From the NCBI GenBank assembly GCA_965207885.1, contig OZ242311.1:4512001-4576000 (forward strand): 64,000 nucleotides of DNA, given 5' to 3'. Position 1 is the stretch's first letter. Each line of letters begins with the position of its first letter. The position numbers and the translations under genes are program-made. This DNA comes from Candidatus Latescibacterota bacterium. GTDB taxonomy: Bacteria; Latescibacterota; UBA2968. The notes under the pieces were generated by a model. That model was given only the letters and a program-made list of their open reading frames with translations. It did not search any database and was not told the origin of the DNA. Below, one piece after another: positions 10,151 to 19,754 of the stretch.

Positions 10151-10279
10151 CGGTCTCACCTCTCGCCAAAATATACTCAGATTCCCATACTTTCGCCAAT
10201 ACTCGGAAAAGTGCTTGTAGATGCGATTGAATTCGCTATTTTGAAATCCATTCTCCCATCCCAATCATGAAAGGACCTT

Positions 10280-12469
10280 ATGATAGAAAAACACGACCTG
10301 ACCGAGGAACAAATTCGCAGATATTACGGCTGGGCAGAAATTGATCCAGACCGCGCGGTTATCGCCGGAGAAACGGGCACATGGCGCATTGTATATCACG
10401 CGGGCAAATACGGAATAGACGACGGCGGCGTAATCAAAATCGCGTGGCGCGACGTGAGCGACTGGCAGCAACCGCAATTTGACGACCCCGCCGCACCCGC
10501 TTATGCATCGGTCTCGACCACGGGACCGGCGACCTTAAAGGCCGTATTCGACAGACAGCGCTATATTCGACCGTGGCGATATTGCGTGACCATCGATGTA
10601 TTTGACGACTCATTGTCAGAAGGCGACACCATAACACTAATACTGGGCGACACATCCGGCGGAAGTCCGGGCAGCCGCGCACAAACCTTTTGCAAAGATG
10701 CATTTGAATTTCGCGTATCGGTTGACTGGTGCGGCACATGGGTATATACAGAAGTACCATCCCCCAAAGTACCAATCATAAGCGGTGCGCCCAATAAACT
10801 CATCGCACTGGGATCTTCTGAAACAACGCCGAGAGAAGCGACCTGGATCGGAGTAAAAGCCGAAGACATCTGGGGCAACCCGTGTGCAGAATATCGAGGC
10901 ACGGTAAAAATCGACGCCGATGGCCTGGACGGATTACCCGAAACTTATGTATTTCAGCCAGAACATCGCGGCGTCAGGCGATTTGAAAATGTGACAGCCC
11001 CCAAAACGGGCATTTATCGCGTACGGATTCAGGATGAAAACAATGGTTTTGAAGCAGAATGCAATCCACTAATATGTATTGAAACGCGCAAAGACGCACA
11101 ACCCTTTTGGGGGGATCTACACGGACAAAGCGAAGAAACAGTGGGAACCAATCCGGTCTCATCCTACTTTCGTTTTGCACGCGAAAAAGCGTGGATGGAT
11201 TTTGCGGGACATCAGGGAAATGACTTTCAGATTACAGAAGCAATCTGGAATGAAATCAAACACCAGGCAAATACACAGAATACTGCGGGCAAATTCGTCG
11301 CCTTTGTCGGTTGGGAATGGTCGGGCAACACACCTTCAGGCGGCGATCACAACGTCTATTATCCCGGTGACGATGGACCATTGCACCGCTCCAGCCATGT
11401 CCTCATCGAAGACAAATCAGATATAGAAACAGATTGTCAGCACATAACCGACCTCTACCGCGCACTCAAGGGAAAAGACGCGCTGCTAATCCCCCATGTG
11501 GGCGGGCGCTATGCCAACCTGACCTGGCACGACCCAAACCTGGAGACTGTAGTCGAGGTTTTATCTGAATGGGGAGAATTTGAATGGTTCTTAAAAGAAG
11601 CCCTTGAAAAAGGCTATCGCATCGGATTCACCTGCGGCAGCGACGACCACAAAGGGCGCCCGGGTGCCGCACATCCGGGCAGTGGCGCATTCGGTATTTA
11701 CGGCGGAATCACATGCGTATATGCAAAAGAATTGACGCGAGAAAGCATCTGGGAAGCAATAAAAACAAGGCGGTGTTACGGCACCAGTGGACAGCGCATC
11801 CTCATAGATGTCACCGTAGGTGGACAGCCCATGGGATCGGACCTCGCAACGAACACACCACCTGAAATCGCTGTCAGTGTTTGGGGCACTGCGCCCATAG
11901 AAAAAGTGGATATCTTCAGAGGCACGGAAATCATCTACACACATCCCGAAACCATTCCCCGGCAACAAACAGACATACGCATTGCGTGGTCCGGCCAGCG
12001 CATTCGCGCGCGCAACCGACTCGTGCGCTGGGATGGCGAAGTAACAATAGACAAAGGGAGAATCACAGACGCCAGAGGCTTTGCCTTTGACTCGGCATCC
12101 GAAGGCATTCAATCTGCCGACGACCAATCAGTAACCTGGACATCGGTGACAACCGGCGATGCAGACGGCATCATTTTAACCCTGGACGCCCCGCCCGATG
12201 CAACAATCAAATTTGGAACACCCGTCTTGTCGCAAGCGTTAAAACTTACAGAGATCGCACAAGGACCAGTTGTAATCGACGCAGGTGGTATTGATATGAA
12301 GGTCGTATTCGAATACAATCCCACAGGCATTGGACGCGACATCGCATTTACTCATACCGAAAACCAGTTACATCCCGGCTGTCACCCCTATTGGGTGCGC
12401 GTAACGCAAATCGATGGCGGGAAGGCATGGGTGAGTCCGGTGTATGTGAAGTGTGAAAAGGAGATATAA
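10280..12469 (+). CDS. DUF3604-like / PHP-fold metallohydrolase
   Basis: WGDLHGQSEE, GWEWS, GDHNV, IPHVGG, GSDDHKGRPG, RRCYGTSG, AWVSPV. Confidence 0.7.
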   Translation: MIEKHDLTEEQIRRYYGWAEIDPDRAVIAGETGTWRIVYHAGKYGIDDGGVIKIAWRDVSDWQQPQFDDPAAPAYASVSTTGPATLKAVFDRQRYIRPWRYCVTIDVFDDSLSEGDTITLILGDTSGGSPGSRAQTFCKDAFEFRVSVDWCGTWVYTEVPSPKVPIISGAPNKLIALGSSETTPREATWIGVKAEDIWGNPCAEYRGTVKIDADGLDGLPETYVFQPEHRGVRRFENVTAPKTGIYRVRIQDENNGFEAECNPLICIETRKDAQPFWGDLHGQSEETVGTNPVSSYFRFAREKAWMDFAGHQGNDFQITEAIWNEIKHQANTQNTAGKFVAFVGWEWSGNTPSGGDHNVYYPGDDGPLHRSSHVLIEDKSDIETDCQHITDLYRALKGKDALLIPHVGGRYANLTWHDPNLETVVEVLSEWGEFEWFLKEALEKGYRIGFTCGSDDHKGRPGAAHPGSGAFGIYGGITCVYAKELTRESIWEAIKTRRCYGTSGQRILIDVTVGGQPMGSDLATNTPPEIAVSVWGTAPIEKVDIFRGTEIIYTHPETIPRQQTDIRIAWSGQRIRARNRLVRWDGEVTIDKGRITDARGFAFDSASEGIQSADDQSVTWTSVTTGDADGIILTLDAPPDATIKFGTPVLSQALKLTEIAQGPVVIDAGGIDMKVVFEYNPTGIGRDIAFTHTENQLHPGCHPYWVRVTQIDGGKAWVSPVYVKCEKEI

Positions 12470-13441
12470 ATGAACGAATATGCAGTCACATTCACCGAAC
12501 GCGAAACCGCCAAACTACTACCAGTTGAAATCGATACAGACGCGATCGGTGCAGACGAAGTCGCGGGTCATACCCTTGCAACCCTCATCAGCGCGGGCAC
12601 GGAATTAAACAGCGGGTATCTCGGCAACAATTTTCCCAGACAATCGGGGTACGCAGCGGCCTTCAAAGTTGAAAAAGTGGGGAAAAATGTCTCGGGCATT
12701 TCGCCGGGCGACCTCGCCTTCTGCCCGGGCAATCACGCCTCCTATCAGCGAAAACCCGCCTCGCAGGTCATTCGCCTGCCCGACAACCTCACGCCAGAAA
12801 TAGCTGTATTTGCCCGCATGATGGGTGTCTCAATGACCACCCTCACAACCACCTCGGCGCGGCCACCTGCCAAAATACTCATCACTGGACTTGGACTCGT
12901 TGGCCATCTCGCAGCCAAAAACTTTCAAGCCTGCGGCTACGAAGTCTATGCCAGTGACCCGGTTGCATCGCGGCGGCAAATTGCCTCAGAAACGGGGATT
13001 CACAATGTACTGGATGCTGTACCACTGGAAAATACCGAACTCTCGGGCCAATTCCACCTCGCCATTGAATGCTCGGGACACGAACAGGCCCTGCTCGACG
13101 CAGCAGGCGCCGTGAGAAAACGCGCCGAAGTCGTTTGCATTGCCTCCCCCTGGCGCCGATACACGGACCTGCTCATACACGACCTGCATCGCCTCATCTT
13201 CTTTAATTACGTCACCATTCGCAGCGGCTGGGAATGGGAACTGCCGCGCCAGCCAGAAGACTTTCGCACCAACAGCGTCTTTGAAAACTTTGCCGGTGCC
13301 CTCAAATGGTTGTCCGAGGACCGCGTCAATGTCAATGGCATCTACACAAAATACGATCCCGAAAGATGCCAGCAAGCATATCGTGACCTTTTGCACAAAA
13401 AAACCGAACGCCTCGCGGTCGTCTTTGACTGGACGACTTGA
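12470..13441 (+). CDS. Zinc-binding/MDR alcohol dehydrogenase family
   Basis: ISAGTE, GYAA, GLGLVG Rossmann, IECSG. Confidence 0.8.
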   Translation: MNEYAVTFTERETAKLLPVEIDTDAIGADEVAGHTLATLISAGTELNSGYLGNNFPRQSGYAAAFKVEKVGKNVSGISPGDLAFCPGNHASYQRKPASQVIRLPDNLTPEIAVFARMMGVSMTTLTTTSARPPAKILITGLGLVGHLAAKNFQACGYEVYASDPVASRRQIASETGIHNVLDAVPLENTELSGQFHLAIECSGHEQALLDAAGAVRKRAEVVCIASPWRRYTDLLIHDLHRLIFFNYVTIRSGWEWELPRQPEDFRTNSVFENFAGALKWLSEDRVNVNGIYTKYDPERCQQAYRDLLHKKTERLAVVFDWTT

Positions 13442-13554
13442 GATCCACAGTTAGACACAACCTTAAAATAAGGAGATGACAACCAAATAGCTCCGAGTTT
13501 GTTTTCCATTGTTTCACTCTTAGAGCCGGGGGAACTCTTACAAGGAGGGTTGTC

Positions 13555-15252
13555 ATGTCGAGATGTATTCGCAGTATAGTCGCCGTCTCACTCGCCGCAG
13601 GCGTGATGTTGAGCTGTGGTAGCGAGCGCGTGACCCAGTCGCAGGTAGCAGACGAGCAGGTCGGACAGCCATTGAGCAAATTGGCTGCGGACCACCATAC
13701 ATCATCTGCTGTAGTGATGGCTACGTTGCGACAGGATGACGCGCCCGTAAGCGATGCCACAGTCGAACTTTCGCGTTCTATTGCGGGTCAGGCCCCGGAT
13801 TACGCATGGTCTGGGACCACCGACGACAATGGTCAGGCGCGGGTGGAGATTATGTCACACAATGTGACGGGTTATTACCAGGCACGCGCCATGAAGGACG
13901 GGAACACAATCGGTTCCTGGTCGAGCATACCAATTAACGGAGGCTATGAAGTGATGCTCGACTTGCCCGTTGACGGAAAAGCACATGTGATGGGTTCGGC
14001 CCCAATAAGGCCAGAAACGCCACCAACCCAATTCACAGTGCGGATTGAGAACATCTCACCCGTCTTTCCCTTTATAGGTAGCGGTGCTTTTGCCGTGCCA
14101 TCGGGTGCAGATGGTCCCGGACCCCTCCCGCCGGGCCAGTCTTATGGATTCTCGTTTGAAGCACCGCCGGGAACCAAATTGTCCTTTGCCACGATGTTTG
14201 TGCAATCCAACGATCTATTCTATGCCCCCGATGAAGACGGCATCGCGCTCTGGGATGATGCGGGCAACAGAACATCGGGCGATATAACGGATCAGATCAT
14301 GTTGTGGGATTCGGGCACAGAAGTGAATCAACCCATCGGCATGGGGGCAGATCAGGCACCGCGTCAAAGTGGTGCAAACACGGGTGCGGCTGATGAAGAT
14401 AACACCGTCCGCATCATCATGGGCGACGACATTCCCGCGGTTGACAGCGTAATCCGCGTAACAATCACGCCGTCAGAAGATTCCGCTACGGGTTTTGGCG
14501 TACAGATTGAGAATGTGTGGACCGGAGAGCAGCCACAACTACTGGCACCGGGCGTATTTGTTATCCATACGGGGGCTGCGCCGCTATTTACATCGGGTGA
14601 ACCCGATATCGGAATGGGCCTCGAAGCACTCGCCGAAGATGGAGTCCCAGTGGGCCTCGCAGAAATGTTGAGCATACACACGGGCGTGACCGGGATACTG
14701 GCACCGGGCGTGTGTGCCGTTCATAGGGAAGCTGGCGTATTGTTCACATCGGGTTCGCCTGATCGGGGCGAGGGCCTCGAAGCACTCGCTGAAGATGGAA
14801 ACCCGGGTAGTCTAGTAGAAGCACTGGCAAGAAATGACCGTGTATCGACCAGTGAGGCATTTGCAGTGCCCGAAGGTGCAGATGGTCCCGGACCTGTGCC
14901 CCCTGGCGGCGCATATGTCTTTAGCTTCAGCGCATCAGCAGGCGACCGCCTGTCCTTTGCCACGATGTTTGTCCACTCCAACGACCTGTTCTTTGCTCCT
15001 GACGAGGAAGGTATAGCGCTCTTTGGAGAGGACGGATCGGCAATAATGGGCGATATTACGTCAATGGTCCAGTTGTGGTATGCCGGTACAGAGATCAACC
15101 AATCCCTCGGTGTTGGCCTCGACCAGGCACCGCGTCAATCTGGCCCCAACACGGGTGCGCCAGATCCGGACAATACCGTACGCATTGCCAATGGCGACCA
15201 CATCCCCGCGGTTGACAGCATAATCCGCGTGACGATCATGCCGGGCAATTAA
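13555..15252 (+). CDS. Spondin_N domain lipoprotein with duplicated spondin modules
   Basis: Lipobox-like MLSC; two copies each of LSFATMFVxSNDLF...GTE and LAPGV...LEALAEDG. Confidence 0.8.
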   Translation: MSRCIRSIVAVSLAAGVMLSCGSERVTQSQVADEQVGQPLSKLAADHHTSSAVVMATLRQDDAPVSDATVELSRSIAGQAPDYAWSGTTDDNGQARVEIMSHNVTGYYQARAMKDGNTIGSWSSIPINGGYEVMLDLPVDGKAHVMGSAPIRPETPPTQFTVRIENISPVFPFIGSGAFAVPSGADGPGPLPPGQSYGFSFEAPPGTKLSFATMFVQSNDLFYAPDEDGIALWDDAGNRTSGDITDQIMLWDSGTEVNQPIGMGADQAPRQSGANTGAADEDNTVRIIMGDDIPAVDSVIRVTITPSEDSATGFGVQIENVWTGEQPQLLAPGVFVIHTGAAPLFTSGEPDIGMGLEALAEDGVPVGLAEMLSIHTGVTGILAPGVCAVHREAGVLFTSGSPDRGEGLEALAEDGNPGSLVEALARNDRVSTSEAFAVPEGADGPGPVPPGGAYVFSFSASAGDRLSFATMFVHSNDLFFAPDEEGIALFGEDGSAIMGDITSMVQLWYAGTEINQSLGVGLDQAPRQSGPNTGAPDPDNTVRIANGDHIPAVDSIIRVTIMPGN

Positions 15253-15276
15253 CCAATCATGCAACAAACATATCAC

Positions 15277-15304
15277 AGGGCGAGTCTTCGGACTCGCCCT
15301 TTTT
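15277..15304 (+). terminator. Intrinsic terminator
   Basis: AGGGCGAGTC-TTCG-GACTCGCCCT-TTTT. Confidence 0.85.
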
Positions 15305-15311
15305 GTATATC

Positions 15312-16073
15312 TCAGATATGCATACGCAACATGGGACGGCCGAATGAAACGGGCATGTACTCCCCGGTATTCTGGCGTTTTGTACCTGGAATCATAAAAT
15401 GGATGGCAAAGGCCCTGCGCTGGCGGTCCGTGTGATTGGGCGGTGTGTAGTGCAGGGTTTGGCAATGGTGAAACATAACACCACCGGCGGGCAACTCGAT
15501 AATTTCGGCTCTGGATATCTCCACCTGATCTTCGAGATCAAACAGCGCATCGGTTTGAGATGAACGCTCATGGGTAAATGGCCGAAGATGAGAGCCGGGA
15601 ATGACGTGCATAGCTCCGTTCTCGACATCGGCATCGTCCAGCGTGAGCCAGCATGAGACGAGATTCGCCGGCATACATTGCCAGTACCCATTGTCTTGAT
15701 GCCAGAAAACCGCATCTCCATTATGTGCGGGCTTGAACAGCGCCTGATCGTGGAAAAGTTGAATATTTGGACCGATGAGCGACTCGGCAATATCGAGTAT
15801 GGGATCATAGTAGATCAGTTCCCGGTAGTGCAGATTGCGCTCACACATTTGCATAATTTGTAGCATTTGTGTGGGCGCCTTGTTTTTTTCACTGAGATCA
15901 TCGGTATTGCTAATAGCGAGATTGCGAAAGCGATTATTCTCCCGCGCGGCTTCAAATTCGCGATCGTATTCCCGGCGCAATATCTCAATGTGTTCATCCT
16001 CGAGAAGTTTGCCAATCGAGATATAGCCATTCTGAAAAAAAATTTCGACTTGCTCCGAAGATAACGCAGACAT
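15312..16073 (-). CDS. Phytanoyl-CoA dioxygenase (PhyH) family 2OG-Fe(II) enzyme
   Basis: WHQD, IPGSH, TLH, RRA; AGGAG SD before MSALS. Confidence 0.88.
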   Translation of the reverse strand: MSALSSEQVEIFFQNGYISIGKLLEDEHIEILRREYDREFEAARENNRFRNLAISNTDDLSEKNKAPTQMLQIMQMCERNLHYRELIYYDPILDIAESLIGPNIQLFHDQALFKPAHNGDAVFWHQDNGYWQCMPANLVSCWLTLDDADVENGAMHVIPGSHLRPFTHERSSQTDALFDLEDQVEISRAEIIELPAGGVMFHHCQTLHYTPPNHTDRQRRAFAIHFMIPGTKRQNTGEYMPVSFGRPMLRMHI

Positions 16074-16092
16074 GGTGTGCTCCTGATAAAAA

Positions 16093-17115
16093 CTAATCCA
16101 ACAACTCCTCTGTATAAGCAAATAACGCAGGTGTCCCTCCCGTATGCACCATCACCACTGTCTCATCTTTGCCAATCTCGCCACGATTCACCATATCGAT
16201 CAAACCCGCCAGCGTCTTGCCCGTATAAATCGGCTCCAGCAAAATCCCCTCTGTTTGCGCCAATAGCCGTATCGCGTCATTGCCCTCGGGTGAACAATAC
16301 CCATACCCCTCCTTACCGACATACCGATCCACATTTTCAATCATAGATTCATCAAACGCGACATCCATATCCAGAATCTCCGCCATTTTTCTCAATATAA
16401 CCAAAAATGCGTCTTTGAGATCATAAGACCACAAAATGGGCCTCACACCCACAATCCGCATATCCAGACCCAAAGCGGTCTTCCCAAAAATCAAACCCGG
16501 CTGTGTACAACTGCCCGAACACACAACAACAGTTGTAGGCGTTTCACCTATCGCATCAAACTGATCCATCATCTCGGCCATACACAGCGCGTAACCCATT
16601 GCGCCAAACGGGCGATTGGCCGGTTGCATCACCACAAAAGGCTTTCGCCCTCTGCGCTCAAATTTTTCGATCAACGCCTGCTTGGCATCGTCCAACAACT
16701 CCTGCGTTTCAACATCGATCAGTTCAAAGTACGCGCCCAATAAATTATCCAACAGCAAATTGCCCTGCGTACTGCCGCTCTTGTGATCCTTCACCAGAAC
16801 CAGCGCGCAATCCACCCCTATCTTTGCCGCTGCCGCCGCCAACTGCCGGCTGTGATTGGACTGAGACCCCGCACCTCCGATAAGCACATCCGCACCGCGA
16901 ACCAGACCCTGCGCGATCGTAAACTCCAACTGCCGCGTCTTATTGCCGCCAAATGCCAGACCCGTACAATCATCGCGTTTAATATAAATCTTTGGACCAC
17001 CAACTGCTTCAGACAACCGCTCACAAAACTCGAGCGGCGTGGGCAAATGCCCCAGAGACACACGCGGCACCTTACTGATGCGCGCTCTCAGTTCGTCACG
17101 AGAAATAACAGCCAT
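16093..17115 (-). CDS. PLP-dependent D-cysteine desulfhydrase / cysteate sulfo-lyase family
   Basis: KRDDCTGLAFGGNKTRQLE, QSNH, PIYTGK, HTGG. Confidence 0.85.
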   Translation of the reverse strand: MAVISRDELRARISKVPRVSLGHLPTPLEFCERLSEAVGGPKIYIKRDDCTGLAFGGNKTRQLEFTIAQGLVRGADVLIGGAGSQSNHSRQLAAAAAKIGVDCALVLVKDHKSGSTQGNLLLDNLLGAYFELIDVETQELLDDAKQALIEKFERRGRKPFVVMQPANRPFGAMGYALCMAEMMDQFDAIGETPTTVVVCSGSCTQPGLIFGKTALGLDMRIVGVRPILWSYDLKDAFLVILRKMAEILDMDVAFDESMIENVDRYVGKEGYGYCSPEGNDAIRLLAQTEGILLEPIYTGKTLAGLIDMVNRGEIGKDETVVMVHTGGTPALFAYTEELLD

Positions 17116-17154
17116 TATAAACCTCCTCAATCAAAATCAGAATGAAAGGCAAAT

Positions 17155-17195
17155 GCAACCACCGATAAACACAGATAAACGCAGATGAAAGGCAA
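17155..17195 (+). repeat. Dispersed 41-bp repeat built from ACACAGATAA-like decamers, copy 1
   Basis: 39/41 identical to the reverse complement of 54293-54333. Confidence 0.8.
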
Positions 17196-17368
17196 GTGCA
17201 GATCAGTGCTCCCGTACCCACCCGTTACACGTATGTATCAACGCAATTACGGCCTATGGAAAGGAATATACACGCATGAAGCAAGCGAAAATGCCATTGA
17301 CATTTCTCAAGATAGCGAATTATTTAACAGATAGTACATACAGAGTTTACGAAAAAAGGAAAGCGACA

Positions 17369-18457
17369 ATGCAGGCACTGAACGATTGGATCAAAGAAAT
17401 CAAAAACGATCCCAATATTTCCGCACTTAACGAGGCGCAGGCCAAGCGCTCAGTCATTGAACGCATCTTGGAGTTTCTCGATTGGGATATGTATAATTAC
17501 AATGAAGTCAAGCTCGAGTATGGCGTTGAAACTTTATGGGTTGATTATGCCTTGCTGATCAATGGCGAGAATAAAGTGTTTATCGAAGCTAAGAGGCCAA
17601 GTGAGAAATTGGAGACTCATCAAAAACAACTTCTTGATTATTCCTTTGGTGAAGGCGTTGCCTCGGCAATTTTGACAAACGGGATTGCGTGGTGGTTCTA
17701 TCTTCCTTTGAAAGAAGGTGCCTGGAATGATCGCAAATTTTATACTATCGATATCTTAGAACAAGAGATAGAAGATATCGTTGACAAATTTAGCCTTTTA
17801 CTTTCTCGTGAAAATGTTGCGTCTGGTGAAGCAGTTCGACAAGCTGAGTCTATTTTGAAGAGCCGTCAAAGAGAGAAAATTGTAAAAGAAAACCTACCTA
17901 AAGCATGGAATAAAATAATTAAAAATGCCGTCTCGCCTGATTCATTACTCGTAGATCTTTTGGCAGAGACAGTAGAGGAAGTGTGCGGCTTCCAGCCTGC
18001 AGGTGATGAAATTTTGGGGTTCATTCGTTCACACCAAGAAAAATGGCTTCTCTCCTCTGAATTAGAACAGGATTTTTCACCGCCTACAAACGGCCCTATC
18101 ACCACAACAGAACCCCAGGGGCCAACTGAGATACCCAGACGGATACAAATTGGAAGTGAGATTTATGAATTTAGTTATGGCAATGAAATTCTTGTAAATA
18201 CTGCGAATTGGTTGATCGATAAAGGACATTTGAAACACGCGGAGTGCCCAATAAAAATAAGTCCCCGTGCAAAGACTCGTATCTTAATTGGTAGCACACC
18301 AATACATCCAAGAGGTAATAAGTTTGTGTCAGCGAAGAAACTAAAAAACGGTCTCTATATTGAAACACATGCGAGCATTGAACAAATTATCGAATATGCC
18401 AAAAGATTGCTTGAAAAATATGGATACGATCCAGAAATACTAAAAATAGATTACTGA
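17369..18457 (+). CDS. HsdR N-terminal-like PD-(D/E)xK endonuclease with extra C-terminal domain
   Basis: NEAQAK, VDYAL...FIEAK, QLLDY, ILTNG; lower GC. Confidence 0.75.
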   Translation: MQALNDWIKEIKNDPNISALNEAQAKRSVIERILEFLDWDMYNYNEVKLEYGVETLWVDYALLINGENKVFIEAKRPSEKLETHQKQLLDYSFGEGVASAILTNGIAWWFYLPLKEGAWNDRKFYTIDILEQEIEDIVDKFSLLLSRENVASGEAVRQAESILKSRQREKIVKENLPKAWNKIIKNAVSPDSLLVDLLAETVEEVCGFQPAGDEILGFIRSHQEKWLLSSELEQDFSPPTNGPITTTEPQGPTEIPRRIQIGSEIYEFSYGNEILVNTANWLIDKGHLKHAECPIKISPRAKTRILIGSTPIHPRGNKFVSAKKLKNGLYIETHASIEQIIEYAKRLLEKYGYDPEILKIDY

Positions 18458-18484
18458 AATCCTGAAGTTTGAAGACCACCGCCC

Positions 18485-18656
18485 GCACAGCGCGTGAGTC
18501 CGTCTCGCACCGAACATTTTTATGGCATCCAACTCTGAAGGCCACTACATGGCTTGCTGCCACAAAAACGATTTGCGCTGTGCAAGCCCCCCGCAGGGGC
18601 GCCCTTTTTTTGCTTCATTTTTTTGGGCGCGCAAAAAAATGAAGTCGCCGAAGGCA
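18485..18656. repeat. Structured intergenic repeat-like element
   Basis: GCACAGCGC/GCGCTGTGC inverted pair and a 13-bp CTTCATTTTTTTG/CAAAAAAATGAAG hairpin. Confidence 0.55.
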
Positions 18657-18761
18657 TAAAAATTAAATAAAATAGAAACACCTCCGAAACTAACCGAAGG
18701 CAAAAAAAAATAATTCATCCCCAAACGAACAAAATCGTCCTAACGCAATAAGAGGCTCCCC

Positions 18762-19736
18762 ATGAAAATACTCATCACTGGCATCACAGGGCGCATCGGC
18801 GGCAATTTGGCGGCACAACTCGTTGAACAGGGGCATCAAGTTCGCGGGCTTGTATGGCCCAAAGACCCGCGCATAGAAAAATTTGAGGGCATTGACCTCG
18901 AACTCATCGAAGGCAGCCTCACCGAATACGAAGACGTGGAAAAAGTCACCGATGGCGTCGATATCATCTATCACCTGGGCGCGGCATTTCAGGGAGGCGG
19001 TCCATTTAAGGACAACGACTACTTTGAAATCAACCTGCGCGGCACATTCCACATGCTCAAAGCCGCACAACAACGCAACATCAAACAATTCATCTTTGCA
19101 AGCACAGACGCGCTCTATGCCAAATATCCCCCAGAAGGAATGGACGAACCCATCCGGGAAGACGAAATGCCCAGAGAACCGAGCGGTTGGTACGCCCTAT
19201 CCAAATCCGTCGGTGAAGAAATGTGCTACGGGTACTGGCGCGCTCACCAGTTGCCCATCACCGTCTTGCGCTTTTGCCTCGTCGTCGGAGCGGGTGAAAT
19301 CCTCGACTTCCGCCAATTTTACCTGAGCAAACTCAAAGGACTTCCCGAACTCAAAGCACTGTGGCGCGGCGAAGAACGCCTTCTCCTGCTCAAAGACATG
19401 AAAGGCCGCTCCTACAAAAAACACATCGCGGACGTACGCGACATTACGCACGGCTGTATCTGTGCCTTAAACAAAACACAAGCCGCCGGACACGCCATTC
19501 AACTCGGCGGACCGCGTCCATTCACCTGGTCCGAAGCCATCCCGTATTTATCCCAACGCCTGAACATCCCCTATCAGGAAGCCATCTTACACGGCGCGCC
19601 CACACATTACGAATACGACCTGACCAAAGCGCGCGACCTGATCGGCTTTAATCCGCAATACGACATCATCCGCATGATCGAAGACGCCATCGCCTATCGA
19701 GAGGGCAAAACCATCAACGTATTGCCCACGGAATAG
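18762..19736 (+). CDS. NAD-dependent epimerase/dehydratase
   Basis: TGITGRIG, YALSK. Confidence 0.9.
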   Translation: MKILITGITGRIGGNLAAQLVEQGHQVRGLVWPKDPRIEKFEGIDLELIEGSLTEYEDVEKVTDGVDIIYHLGAAFQGGGPFKDNDYFEINLRGTFHMLKAAQQRNIKQFIFASTDALYAKYPPEGMDEPIREDEMPREPSGWYALSKSVGEEMCYGYWRAHQLPITVLRFCLVVGAGEILDFRQFYLSKLKGLPELKALWRGEERLLLLKDMKGRSYKKHIADVRDITHGCICALNKTQAAGHAIQLGGPRPFTWSEAIPYLSQRLNIPYQEAILHGAPTHYEYDLTKARDLIGFNPQYDIIRMIEDAIAYREGKTINVLPTE

Positions 19737-19754
19737 GATGGCAGAAGGAAACAC

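Noticed and set aside
16093-17115. ACC deaminase (acdS)
   Set aside because: Has YTGK and HTGG instead of the diagnostic YEGK and HLGG
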